A stretch of DNA of 64,000 bases from NCBI GenBank assembly GCA_054600435.1, contig BAAIJX010000020.1, forward strand, positions 248,001 to 312,000, written 5' to 3'. The position numbers were made by a program, and so were the translations under genes. Source of the DNA: Neophaeotheca triangularis. Taxonomy: Eukaryota. How positions within the stretch are numbered: the stretch's first letter is position 1; every line of letters starts with the position of its first letter. Below the pieces are notes generated by a model, which saw only the letters and a list, made by a program, of their open reading frames with translations, made no database searches and was not told where the DNA came from. Below are positions 11,823 through 23,900 of this stretch, one piece after another.

Positions 11823-13804
11823 ATGCCTCTGCTTGAGGATACCTGGGTGAAAGTACAGGGTGCGGTCAAAACGCGGTCACCACTACTAGAGCAAGAAGGT
11901 ACTGATTTCTCATTACAGAGAAAACATTCGGCAAATGGCTCAATAGCAAGCTCGGCGCTCGTGACATTCAGATCAACGACCTCGTCGCCGACCTCTCTGA
12001 CGGCACCGTTCTGATCCACCTTCTCGAGATTCTCTCCAACGAATCGCTCGGCCGATATGCTTCACGCCCCAAGCTCAGAGTCCAACGTTTCGAAAATGTC
12101 AACATAGCCTTGGACTTCATCAAGAGCCGGCGCATACAATTGACCAACATTGGCGCCGAAGACGTGGTAGATGGCAACAGGAAGATTGTGCTGGGCTTGA
12201 TATGGATGCTCATTCTACGCTTTACGATCAGCGACATCAATGCCGAAGGCTTGAGCGCAAAGGAGGGGCTGCTGTTGTGGTGTCAGAGGAAGACGGCATG
12301 CTACGAGGAAGTGCACGTTGCGGACTTCTCGGGGAGCTGGAACGATGGTCTGGCTTTCTGTGCGCTTTTGGATATCCACCGGCCTGATCTGATTGACTAC
12401 GATACTCTGGACAAGAGCGACCATCGCGGAAACATGCAGCTTGCGTTTGACATTGCTTCCAAGGAAATTGGCATTCCTGATCTGTTGGATGTGGAGGACG
12501 TGTGCGATGTTGCAAAGCCGGATGAGAGGTCTTTGATGACTTATATTGCATACTGGTTCCATGCGTTCTCTCAAATGGAGAGGGTGGAGAATGCTGGTCG
12601 CCGTGTTGAGAAGTTCGTGACCAATATGCAAGGGACGTGGGAAATGCAGAACAATTTTGAGCGGAGGATGCGTGCATTGCTGGACCAACTTGCTGAGCAG
12701 CGTGAACTGTGGGAAAAAGCCAAGTTTGATGGATCGTACGCGGATGCCAAAGAGCAGAGTCAAGAGTTTGTGAAGTACAAACAGAAGGAGAAGCGTGCGT
12801 GGGTTGGGGAGAAGAGTGATTTGGCGAGCCTTTTGGGCAACATCAAGACCAAACTCAACACCTACCAACTACGACCGTATCAACCACCAGCGGAGCTAAC
12901 GCTTGATTCGTTGGAGACGTCGTGGCAGAAACTTATGCAGGCAGAGCGACAAAGAAGTCAGATCATCAACAACACCATTCGAGACATCAAGAATAATCTC
13001 CGACGCAGCTTCGCCGACAAAGCTAACGACTTTGCGCTTGCACTCAACACCATGGGCACAAGCCTGTCTGGACTTGAAGGCGACGTCGAAGACCAACTAT
13101 CCCACACTTCGCAAATAGCAGCAAATCTGCCGCCCCTCGATGAATTCCTCGACATCATCGCAGATCTCGACCGAGCATGCCAAGAAGCGAATATCGAGGA
13201 AAATGACTACACTACCTACTCTTACGACGAACTCGCCTACGAAATGGGCCTGGTCAAAAGCAGCGTGCAGAAGAAGTTGGCTTTCCTCGAGAACCAGATG
13301 GTGGCGCGCAACATGACGAACCTCACGCCTATCCAGCTTGAGGAATTCGAGTCAGTTTTCCGCCACTTCGACCGTGATCTCTCGAATAGCCTGCAGGAAA
13401 TCGAGTTTTCTGCCGCTCTCGCCTCGCTCGGTCTCGTCTACGATCAGCAAGAAATGCACGAGCGCTTCCTCGAAGTCTCCGGCGGTAGAGCGGGCGGTGG
13501 CACCGTCAGTTTCGAACAGTTCATCAGGTTCATGGTGGACGTGACTGAGGACCAAAACACTGCCGATCAAGTCTTTGAGAGTTTCAGGGAGGTTGCAGAT
13601 GGGAAGCCGTACGTTACGGAAATGGACCTGACGCACAGTCTGATCGCCGATGATGTTGCGCAGCAATTGATGGAGACCATGCCACAGCATCGGGGTCCAG
13701 ACATGCAGGAGGACCGGGAAGTACCAAAATGGGATTATGTCGAGTTCATGAGCCGGTTCATGGGAAAGGAGCAGAAGAAGGCGGTTAATGGGGATCACCG
13801 TTGA
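11823..13804 (+). CDS. ain1: Alpha-actinin (two CH domains, spectrin-like rod, EF-hands); exon 1 11823-11859, exon 2 11919-13804
   Basis: Spliced N-terminus WVKVQEKTFGKWLNSKL...DLSDGTVLIHLLEIL; IGAEDVVDGNRKIVLGLIW; EGLLLWCQRKT; C-terminal EF-hands. Confidence 0.93.
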
Positions 13805-14207
13805 AGTTGGAAACGGGTTCGTGGGTACGGGGTTGGATCGGTAGTCATGCATGCTTTTTGATACCAATGGAGCCTTGCATGCGTTTTGGCTAATCTTGCA
13901 CGGTTTGGAAAAGGCCGACAAGGATTATCATGACTATTGTACAGACTGAGAGGCTTTTAGTGCTGGTTTTAGATAGAAGCCTGAGGCCACGACAAGTGAA
14001 ATGCCAAGGAAGCTCTACTCGGACTTGCGCTCCAATCATGTCTTGACTTCAACTTCACCTCAACTCAACGGCAACAGCACCACAACCGTAGTAGAGGCAA
14101 GGTCAAGCAGTAGTACTGTCCGCTTCATCTCACACAGGCACGTAAGTGGCATCACTCTCTTGACCCTCTGCTCTACATCTCTTCTCCGACATACCCAGCT
14201 TCGCATC

Positions 14208-15983
14208 ATGTCAGACAATGAAGAACCGATTGTCGAGGAGGACCAGGCCCTTCAACAGTACCTGGGAACCACTTCCTTCGGCAAGCAATCCAAAGAAGCA
14301 GCCATAGACCAGCAGATCGAGCGTAGTAGACGTGAGGCTTCGCGCAAACAGCTGCAAGAGAAGGCGAATCAGAGCAAATCGGACAAGGACAGCGACGACG
14401 ACGACAGCGACGAAGACGATGAAGACGATGAAGAATTCCCCGTATCTCACGAAATGGTCCTCAAGACGCACGATCGTGCTGTCACGGCCGCTACCATTGA
14501 TCCCTCCGGCGCACGTTTAATCACAGGATCCATGGACTGCACGCTTAAACTCCACGATTTCGCTTCCATGACACCGACGACCATCCGCGCTTTCAAGTCT
14601 GTAGATCCTACTGCAGCTAAAGGTGGTTCTTCCAATGTCGAAGGGCATCCGGTACATCAGGTTGCTTTCAACCCAATCTACGCGAGCCACATGCTCGTTT
14701 GCACTGCGCTGCCGCAGGCAAAGGTTATGACGAGGGATGGAGAGTCGGTTGCGGAGACGGCAAAGGGTGACATGTACTTGAGGGATATGCATAATACGAA
14801 GGGACATATTAGTGAGATTACGACAGGGGTTTGGCATCCGACGCGAAAGGAGCTGTTTGTGACGGCAGGGACGGACAGTACGTTGAGGATTTGGGATGTG
14901 AATAATACGAGGTCGCAAAAGGATGTCATTGTGCACAAGTCGAGGGCTGCGGGCTCGGCTGGGAGAACGAGGATGACGGCCGTGGCTTGGGGATCGCAGG
15001 CGCAGGGAGGGCAGAATGTATTGGTTTCGGCGGCTCTGGATGGTAGTTTGGTCATGTGGCAGGGCGAGGGACCTTACAGTAGGCCGGCGGGAGAGATCAG
15101 AGACGCCCACGAGCCCAACACTTGGACCAGCGGTGTGGACATTAGCGCAGACGGACGACTGGTCGCGACGCGAGGGGGCGACGACACGATCAAGCTCTGG
15201 GACACGCGCAAATTCAAATCCCCGATAACCACAACCTCTCACCCATCAACAAGCTCCCAATACCCAACCTCCAGCATCCGCTTCTCCCCAAATTCTTCCC
15301 AACTCCTCACAGGTTCCCCCACCGGCGACCTCCACATCCTCAATCCCGCCACCCTCCGCCCCGAGCTCATCACCCCAATAACACCCGGCCACACTCTAAT
15401 AACAGCCCAATGGCACCCCAAACTAAACCAAATCCTCACCACCTCCTCCAACGGCGCCACCCACCTTCTCTACTCCCCAACCCACTCCACCACCTCCGGC
15501 GCCAAAGCAGTCTTCCAACGCGCACCAAAACAACGCCACATCGACGACGACGCAACCCTGACCTCGGACATTGCAGCCAACGGCCTCAGCTCCGCCGCCA
15601 TCATCGTGCCGGGAGCAAACGGCGGCCAGCAAAACCCCTCCTCCTACAGCTCCCGCCACCCAGAAGTAGGTCTCACGGCTTCCGGCCGCAGCCGCGACCC
15701 CCGTCGCCCACACAAACCCGCCGTCACGCCTTTCGCCAAAGGCCAGCCGGATGAAAAGTACGTCAAAGAGCAGATTCCGCTCAGTTCGCTGCGGGATGAG
15801 GATCCGCGTGAGGCGCTGCTGAGGTATGCGGAGAAGGGGCGGCAGGAGGGCAAGGAGGATGTCTTCACCGCCGCGTGGAGCCAGACGCAGCCGAAGGGGG
15901 TTTATGCCGAGTTGAGCGATGATGAGGAGGGGGAGGGGGAGCGGGAGGAGGGAAGGCCGGCGAAGAAGGCCAGGTCGGGCTGA
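14208..15983 (+). CDS. WD40-repeat protein, WDR70/Gad1-like; probable start MSDNEE, preceded by a 5'-UTR intron 14142-14198
   Basis: KGDMYLRDMHNTKGHISEIT, TRGGDDTIKLWDTRKFK and DEDPREALLRYA are characteristic of WDR70 homologues; gtaagt...cag upstream of the ATG. Confidence 0.85.
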   Translation: MSDNEEPIVEEDQALQQYLGTTSFGKQSKEAAIDQQIERSRREASRKQLQEKANQSKSDKDSDDDDSDEDDEDDEEFPVSHEMVLKTHDRAVTAATIDPSGARLITGSMDCTLKLHDFASMTPTTIRAFKSVDPTAAKGGSSNVEGHPVHQVAFNPIYASHMLVCTALPQAKVMTRDGESVAETAKGDMYLRDMHNTKGHISEITTGVWHPTRKELFVTAGTDSTLRIWDVNNTRSQKDVIVHKSRAAGSAGRTRMTAVAWGSQAQGGQNVLVSAALDGSLVMWQGEGPYSRPAGEIRDAHEPNTWTSGVDISADGRLVATRGGDDTIKLWDTRKFKSPITTTSHPSTSSQYPTSSIRFSPNSSQLLTGSPTGDLHILNPATLRPELITPITPGHTLITAQWHPKLNQILTTSSNGATHLLYSPTHSTTSGAKAVFQRAPKQRHIDDDATLTSDIAANGLSSAAIIVPGANGGQQNPSSYSSRHPEVGLTASGRSRDPRRPHKPAVTPFAKGQPDEKYVKEQIPLSSLRDEDPREALLRYAEKGRQEGKEDVFTAAWSQTQPKGVYAELSDDEEGEGEREEGRPAKKARSG

Positions 15984-16448
15984 GGCTGGGGGGGTTACGC
16001 ATGCATGTGGAGAGTTTGAGAGTTGCCGGGGACTTGCACAGAAGCCATTTACGCTCGAGCCGGGCGCAGAGAGAAAGTCGAAACCTCAGAGTTAACCAGT
16101 CGTTGATACGTGGCTTTGGAGATCCTGCAACAGCACCTCTTGTATCAAGCAATTTCACTCCCACATCTCACGACCTAGGCGACCGCGACCCCACACCCCA
16201 CCGGCCGTAGAAACGGGTTTACCCTCCATCATATCATCGGCAGAGCTGGACACCTTCCACCAGACAGACAGACAGACCTCCAATTCGCCGAAAGTCTCTC
16301 CTTTCATCCAGTCTAGCCTAACGCTAGCTACCTACCTACCTAATAAGAGCGAGTCCAGAAACCTAATCTCCAGCCTCTCCTAGTATATCCGCTATATATT
16401 CATTCATACCTTTGCGATACGTGTGTATATGCCAGCTAACTAGCTAGC

Positions 16449-16527
16449 TATGTATATATATATACATACGTACATACATACATACATCTACATATACATA
16501 CATACATATACATATACATATATGTAT
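16449..16527. repeat. Compound (TA)n/(TACA)n microsatellite
   Basis: Directly visible tandem repeats. Confidence 0.9.
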
Positions 16528-16694
16528 TAGAGCGCGCGCGCGCGGAAGCTAGGGCAGAGCAAACCTTCGGTACTCTATATACTATCCATTAAATGCTGTG
16601 TTGCCTGGGGTTTACTTTGCGAGCTTACCTACCAAGGCATGAGAGATACGTCGGATACACTGCGTGTTTTGGGGGCTGTGGTCTTTGTTAGAGT

Positions 16695-16695
<1 letters not shown>

Positions 16696-16793
<98 letters not shown>
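16696..16793. repeat. (CT)n microsatellite, about 98 bp
   Basis: Directly visible. Confidence 0.97.
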
Positions 16794-16996
16794 ATAGTGA
16801 CTTGCTAAAAAGAAGGAGTTTGCCCCCTCCCAACGTGAACAGTGCACGCTGCATTAATCCAGTCGGACTTGTGTTATTGCGGACCGTCTCGAGGCTACAG
16901 CCAAATAAGCCTTGATGTTGAAAAAAAAAACAAAACAAAACGTAGGGGTATCTCTTCGAATAATAATGACTGCAACCAAACTCGAAAAATCCCCCC

Positions 16997-18376
16997 TCAC
17001 TCCACGGCGCTGGCGCTGTCCGTGACTCCAGAACGCCCGAGGCCGATGCCCAAACCGTGCACGTCGGCCCGCTCGTTGCGACGGTCGTCGTCGTCGTCGT
17101 TGTCGTCGTTGTCGTCGTCGTCGTCCTCATCATCATCATCATACGTGCCGTACAAAATCTCACAAACCCCACCGACCGGAATATCCATAACGGCATCGGT
17201 GCCCTCATTCCACAACTCCCTCCAATCCACGCCGGCAACGGGGCCACTCTCGACGGCCCTCTCGTCCAAACTCGCCCTCCGACTCCTCCTCCCCACGCCC
17301 CCATTCTTGCCCCTCCCACTGCCCCTCCCCTTCCCCCCATCCCTCCTCCTCACCAACCCCCCCCTCCCGTCCACAACCCCCACGACCCCGGCCTCATCCA
17401 CCAAAACCCCCACCTCCCCCAACCCCAGCGTCAAAAGCCCGGAATTGTAACTCCCCAGCGCCACGTAAATCCACACGACACCCATGACGGCCCACGCCGG
17501 TATCGCCAGCGCCCACCAGCGGTTCGGGTAGTAGTGGATGCCCAGTTGGTGGAGGAAGGGCGACGGCAGGAAGGCCCACAGGTTGTAGATGGTATAGAGC
17601 ACCGAGCTGAGCAGGTAGAGCGCGAAGCCGTAGTATTCGTAGGTTGGCACCCGCGGCGAGGCCCGCGGTACTGGGTGTGGGTGCGAGGTGTAGGTTGTTG
17701 TTAGGGTTTTGAAGGCGGCGGTCGTGGAGGAGGTCGGGGTTTGGGCGCCTGGGGTGGGGGTCGGGGTGGTTGTGGTTGTGTTTGTTGCGGCGGGAGTGGG
17801 TTTGGGGGGTTTGGGGTGTCGGTGGGTTGTGGTGTTGGTGCCTTCGTCTGAGGAGGGGTCTGGGGTTGTGGGTCGCGAGAGGTTTTGGGAGGAGCTGAAG
17901 GTCGGGCGGAGGAGGGAGGTTAGGGAGGGTGAGGGCGGGAGAGGGGTGGGTGGGCGGTTGTAGAAGGGCGGGGCGAAGGCGGAGGGTGCGAGGTAGGTGT
18001 GGGAGCGCGAGTGTTGGTGGTGGTAGATGGGGCGTTTGGATGGGAGGGAGGAGACTTGGCCGGTGCGCTTTTCGCTTTCTTCTTCTTCCGACGCGTACGA
18101 CGAGGATGCCGAGTCTTCGGAATCGTCTTGTTGGGTGGAGGCGTCGAGTTTGAAGCCGTCTAGTGAGGCTGTTTCGGAGGGAGATGTGATGATGTCTGGA
18201 GAGCCTGGTGCGCCTGTGTGGATGGTCGCGGGGCTTTCGGGGCCATTGCTCGCTTCTCGAAGTTCTCGCAGTGAGCGGAGGGTGGGTAAGTTGGGTGTTG
18301 ATTTGGACTGTAGACCGTATGGTTTAGGCGGCCCTCTGCTTTGGGGAGGCATTGCTGGGGAGGTGGACGATGTCAC
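16997..18376 (-). CDS. GPI19: PIG-P domain protein (GPI-GlcNAc transferase subunit) with long low-complexity N-terminus
   Basis: RVPTYEYYGFALY...WAFLPSPFLHQLGIHYYPNRWWALAIP...TDAVMDIPVGGVCEILY matches the PIG-P signature. Confidence 0.88.
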   Translation of the reverse strand: MTSSTSPAMPPQSRGPPKPYGLQSKSTPNLPTLRSLRELREASNGPESPATIHTGAPGSPDIITSPSETASLDGFKLDASTQQDDSEDSASSSYASEEEESEKRTGQVSSLPSKRPIYHHQHSRSHTYLAPSAFAPPFYNRPPTPLPPSPSLTSLLRPTFSSSQNLSRPTTPDPSSDEGTNTTTHRHPKPPKPTPAATNTTTTTPTPTPGAQTPTSSTTAAFKTLTTTYTSHPHPVPRASPRVPTYEYYGFALYLLSSVLYTIYNLWAFLPSPFLHQLGIHYYPNRWWALAIPAWAVMGVVWIYVALGSYNSGLLTLGLGEVGVLVDEAGVVGVVDGRGGLVRRRDGGKGRGSGRGKNGGVGRRSRRASLDERAVESGPVAGVDWRELWNEGTDAVMDIPVGGVCEILYGTYDDDDEDDDDDNDDNDDDDDRRNERADVHGLGIGLGRSGVTDSASAVE

Positions 18377-18671
18377 GGTGAGTTATTAGCTACAGGTAGG
18401 TAAAGAGACGTTGGTCGTCAAATCACATGTCGCTCAAAGCGAAGCAAGCTGCCAAGCAATTAATGTGCTCGCGGTACAGCATCCAGCCCCCAAGAATTGA
18501 ATCGCCGAACTTACCAGCTCCTGCTCCTAGAAGCAGCCAGTCCAAAGCAACGAAAACCATAACGAACAAGTATGAAAATGAAGAGGTGTTATCAAACGGT
18601 CCACAATGTTATTACATAATTGTCTAATTTCCGCACGCTATGCATTCTGAATTGAAAGAATAAAAATAAAA

Positions 18672-19778
18672 TCATAGATGCCAGAAGCCAACCGCCAGCG
18701 CCGCAACCAAGCCAAGCACATTCAGAGCTCCAACGGCAGTGGCAGCGGACTCGCTGGACTCGGCATCTGACGAGGAAGAAGCGGTAGCAGCCGAAGTGGA
18801 GCCCGAAGGCGAAGGCGAAGAGCTGCTCGAAGACGAAGATGCATCGTCTGCCGAAGCGCGCTCGCCGCCCTCCTCCGTCTCCGTAGCGTTGTTGTCCACG
18901 ACCTGTCTCTGCGTGCCGCACAGCTCCTGAGTCGCGTTGTTGATGCCGTCGTACCACGCCTCGGCCATGAGCGAGTAGCCCCTGTCGGTCGGGTGCGTTC
19001 CGTCCTCGTGCATTTCGTCCTCGGGGACGACCGAGTACATGTCGAGGATGCGGACGTTTTGGCCACCGTCGGCGGCCTCTTTGACGATTTCCGGCAAGCG
19101 CTCGTTGAAGCCGACGACGCAGCGGTTGGCCCAGTCGTCGGAGTTGCGGACGAGTTGCGCGGCGAGGATCAGGGCATCGGGGGCGTTTTCCTTCATGGTC
19201 GGAAGCAGGATGCTGCCGAAACGGTCGGCGGCCTCGATGCCGGCTTGTTCGCGCTCGTCCGGGTTGCTGTCGTCTTGGGCGTCGCGAAACCAGCAGTCGT
19301 TTGTGCCGACGAGGACGATCATGACGTGCGGGTCGAGGTCGTAGGCGCCCGAGTTTGAGGATTCGTTGTTGAAATCTTCGACCGTGACGCCCGGGTAGGC
19401 TTCTTCGTCATTGTCCGTCATGTTGCCTACTTGCTGCGAGCCGACCATGTCTGTGCGCCAGCCGTTCTCGTCGAAGAGCCTCTTGAGATCGCGGCGGAAA
19501 CCGTTGCCGTCGTAGGAGGTGAGGCCCTCGGCGAGCGAGGCGCCCATTGTCATGACTCGGAGTGGGTCGTTGTCGTCGCCATCTTGGGTGGCGGCTGTGC
19601 ACCAGGGGGAATCGGAGTTTTGAGCGCTGGCGGGGAAAACTGGGGGTGATTGAGGAGGTTAGTATGAGGTTCACTTTGTGATGATACAGTTGGAGGTTGG
19701 GCGATATGTACCGTTGGAAAGGGTTACAGAGCTCAGTAGCGCCAGCCACTGGCAAACGTTCAAGCTACGGGAAAACAT
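18672..19778 (-). CDS. Secreted, probably GPI-anchored SGNH/GDSL esterase (CE3-like); intron 19640-19711
   Basis: Signal peptide MFSRSLNVCQWLALLSSVTLSN; LRVMTMGASLAEG (block I), VLVGTND (block III), DGTHP (block V); Ser-rich linker and hydrophobic C-terminus. Confidence 0.85.
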
Positions 19779-20607
19779 GGTCGTAGTCGTAGTCGTAGTC
19801 GCTAATGCAAAGTTTGACAAGTAAAGAAGCGAGAGTGGTAAGGGTGTAAAGAAGGGGGAGAATGAGAAAGGCGAGAAAGGGCGGAAAAGACAGTAGTGAG
19901 AGTGAGATTGAAAGTGATGAAAGTAGTTTGGTGTTTGCAAAAAGACGAGAGCGAAGGTGTTTTTGAAGAAAGGGAGAGGAGACCCCGTGGAGACTCGCCC
20001 TACAGGGAGGGAGGGTCGTCAATAATACTAATAATGTTAATATTAGCCAAGTAGATGGCGACTAATCAACTTCCTAGGGGTGAAGGTATGGCTTAGCCTG
20101 GCCCCATTATTATTCAATATTCTTGCATAGTAACGAACGGGGCTGGGCTGAAAGAACCTGCGACAAGCGACAAGCCGGATGCGACGGTCATTTGAGACTG
20201 CCCTAAAATGCTTGAATGCTTACATACCTCACACACGGTACACCTCACACACCTCACATACCTCACCAAACTGAATCATGCAAACCATGTAACTAACCAA
20301 CACCCCAAGAGAACTAGACTCCATCGTCCAAGCAGTAGTGGCAGGCAACGCGTCAATAGACTCGGCCAATAATAATCAAACATGCCCAGGTGGGTAGATG
20401 GATGGATGGCGCCCACCTTCACTTTCTCCTTTCTTCTTCTTCTTCTTCTTCTTCTTCTCCTTCTTCACTACTACATACCTAGCTACCTTATACTAATGCC
20501 GCAGAAAGGGCAGAAGCGCAAGCCAAGCCAAGCGCGAGCCAAGCCAAACCAATCCCGGCACCGGCTTCGCGGCAGCGGACTCGGAAGTCGCAAGAATAAC
20601 TAAGCCA

Positions 20608-20664
20608 AGGTAGGTAAGTAGGTAGGTAAGTAGGTAAGTAGGTAGGTAGGTAGGTAGGTAGGTA
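20608..20664. repeat. (AGGT/AAGT)n microsatellite; a (TTC)n tract also lies at about 20431-20467
   Basis: Directly visible. Confidence 0.9.
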
Positions 20665-20913
20665 TAAGTAGTGTAGCTAACGTTATTCACGACGATACAT
20701 AAAACCGTGCCAAACCCAATCTGAACAACAACTACCACTAGGTACCTTTATCAACAAACGCCACCAACACCAACGCTTCGCTTCTAGCTACATTGGAACC
20801 AAAAAAAAAAAAAAACCGTGTGAAAAAGCCCAAAAACCCCACCAGTCTCCCCAGCCAGCGTGCGCGAGAGGAAGAGAGAAAAGGAAAGGGGGAATTAAAA
20901 AAAAAACCCCCGC

Positions 20914-23900
20914 CTACTGCGTCTTCCCCAAACTCTGCAAATTGACCAATTCAAAATACCTCCCCCCTTTCCCAATCAACTCGCCATGCGTCCCCTGCTC
21001 GACGATCCTACCCTGATCAAAAACATAAATCACATCGGCCTTTTGAATCGTACTCAGCCGGTGCGCGACGGCGACGGTGGTGCGGCCCTTGGCGGCCGAG
21101 TCCAGCGCCGCTTGCACAATCTTCTCCGACTCGCTGTCGAGAGCCGACGTGGCCTCGTCCAGGAGCAGGATTTTCGGGTTCCGGATCAGCGCTCGCGCGA
21201 TGGCGATGCGTTGTTTTTGCCCCCCGCTGAGCATGCTGCCCTTGCTGCCCACCAGCGTGTCGAAGGCTTCCGGCAGCGAGAGGATGAAGGTGTAGATGTT
21301 GGCGTCCTTGCAGGCTTGCACCAGGCGCGCCTCCAGCTCCGGGTTTTGCCCCACCTCGCTCTCTTCCACGTCGCCGCCGAGCCCGAGCAGGATGTTTTCC
21401 CGTATCGTGCCTTGGTAGAGGGTGGGTTCTTGCGAGACGAGCGCTAGGTGCGAGCGGTACGCGGCGATGTTGAGTTGGCTGATTTCTTTGCCGTCCACGT
21501 AGATGCCGCCTACCAGGGGGTCGTAGAAGCGTTCGAGTAGGGAGATGGTGGTGGATTTGCCGCAGCCGGAGCTGCCGACTAGGGCGATGTATTGGCCGGG
21601 TTGGACGCTGAGGTTGAGACCGCGAAGGACGGGTTGCTCGGGCCGGGTCGGGTAGCGGAAGTGCACGTCGCGGAATTCGACGGCGCCTTCGATTTGCGCG
21701 GGGATTTCTCCCTCGGGGCTCCAGCTGTCGATGCTGGGTTCGCGGTCGAAGAGCAGTTTGAGCTCTGCGGCGGCGTGTTTGGCTTTGCCCATGTCGGGGG
21801 CGAAGGAAAAGATTGTGCCGGCCGATTGTGCGCCGAAGATGATGGCGCTGAAGCAGAGGAAGAACTGGAACATGTTGTATTCGCCGTTGCCGATCAGAGT
21901 GCCGCCGTACCAGAAGCCGAGGGCGAGGCAGAGGAACATGAGGGACTGGGAGGCGGCGTAGAGGAGGCTGGATTTCAGGACCGAGTTGAGAGAGCGCTTG
22001 CCTTGGTCCACGAGTTGGTTGTGGTAGTGGACCCAGACGTCGTCTTCACGGGTTAGGGAAGCGACTGTGCGGATTGCACTGGTGGCTTCGCATGCGTAGG
22101 AGGCGGATTTCTCGTAGGCAACCTTGGCACGAGTCTGGAAGCGTGCGAGGATCCAGAAGCGGAAGAAACCGCAGCCGAGCACGATAGGAACGACCGACAC
22201 ACAGACCAGAGCCAGTTTCCAGCCAATGGCGAGGGAGACAGCAATGGCGGCGATGAGAGTGGTGAGAACCAGCAAGATCGTGCCGAGTGTGACGCCACTC
22301 ATACCTGCCAGGTGCGTTGTTTCCGTTGACAGGAAGCTAGTGAGTGCTCCAGCACTGTTGGTGTCGATGTCGAAGAAGGCAATGTCCTGGCGGAGCATTG
22401 CGCGGAAAGCCCGGTCTCTGGCGCGATGGACAAGACGCTCACTGCAGTATGCAAAAGCAGTACCCTGCGCCAAGAACGAGATGAGCTGCACCAACGCGAG
22501 CATAAAGTACATCCAGCTCCAGAAGTTGGCCTCGGAGCGGAGTCTGTCGTAGAAAGGTGGCGGGAGAGAAAGGGCGACAATACTCTTTGCGAAGAAAACG
22601 GCCTGTGTTGGGTTGCCTCCTCCGCATATGATGGCCCAGAAAAGGCCAAAGAGCATGATATGCCATTCCTTCCGGTTGAAAGATCCCACAAGCTTGATCA
22701 ACGTCCACAGTCCATATTTGGCGCTTCCCATCAACGCCGGCCGATCCTTCAGCGCAGCGCTAGAAGCTGACTGTCCAGTCTTGGTACGACCGAGCTCGAG
22801 ATCATTGGGATCAGTGTCAAAGGCATCGCCCTTCTCCGTCATGGGTGTTCCCACCACCTGACCATCTTTCTCGTAAAGCACAGGAATCTCATCTTCCTCC
22901 TCTTGCTCCTTCTGCGCGGCAATCTTCTGCGCCTCAACAAGGTTGTAGTACGCCTCGCCTCTCTCGAACAAAGCGTCATGAGTCCCTTGCTCCACGATGC
23001 GCCCCTGCTGCATGACGACAATATTGTCCGCAGTCTTGATCGTGCTGAGTCTATGAGCAATAACAATAGTCGTGCGCCCCTCGGCGGCCTTGTCGAGAGC
23101 AGCTTGCACGACGCCTTCACTCTTGGTGTCTAGAGCACTCGTCGCCTCGTCCAGTAGAAGAATCTTGGGATCGCTGACGATAGCCCTAGCAATCGCGATT
23201 CGCTGCTTCTGGCCACCGGAGAGCAGAAAGCCGCGCTCGCCGACGTTGGTCTCGTAGCCCTCGGGCAGAGAAGTGATGAAGTCGTGCGCGTTTGACATTT
23301 TCGCCGCATTCTCCACGAGCGACTGCGTTTCCTCTTCCGACATGGTTTCGTAGTGGGTGCCGATTAAACCGTGACGGATGTTGCCAGCAATGGAAGTAGC
23401 AAAAAGGGTAGGTTCTTGAGAGACGAGGGAAATTTGCTGGCGCAACCATTGCAAGTTCAAGTCTTGCACGTTGACGCCGTCGAGCAGCACCACACCGCCG
23501 ACTGGGTCATAGAACCGCTCAACGAGACCAACGATAGTACTCTTTCCGGAGCCAGAAGCGCCTACCAGCGCGGTCGACTTTCCAGCTGGAATCTTCAGAC
23601 TCACGTCCTCCATCACAACGACCTCGGGCCGTGAAGGATAGATGTGCTTGACGTTGACCAGCTCGAGCGTGCCCTCACAATGCTTCGGAACCTGTCCCTC
23701 CTTGGATCGTGGGTCCAATGGCGAGACACGATCGATGGTAGCGTAAATCTTGGACGCCGCAGCAACGGCAGTCGTAAAAGCCTGAATATTCGGCGCCACG
23801 TTGCCCAAAGCGAAAGCACCAATCATAATCGATAGCAGAATCGTGAGGACTTGCGAGAGGTTCATCTCACCGCCCACGAGGAATCGACTGCCCATCCAGA

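Noticed and set aside
14001..14207. N-terminal extension of the WD40 ORF
   Set aside because: Contains a likely intron (gtaagt...cag) and does not look coding; ATG 14208 is preferred, though not proven.
16629..16915. ORFs with (ER)n or (SL)n tracts
   Set aside because: Translations of the (CT)n microsatellite.
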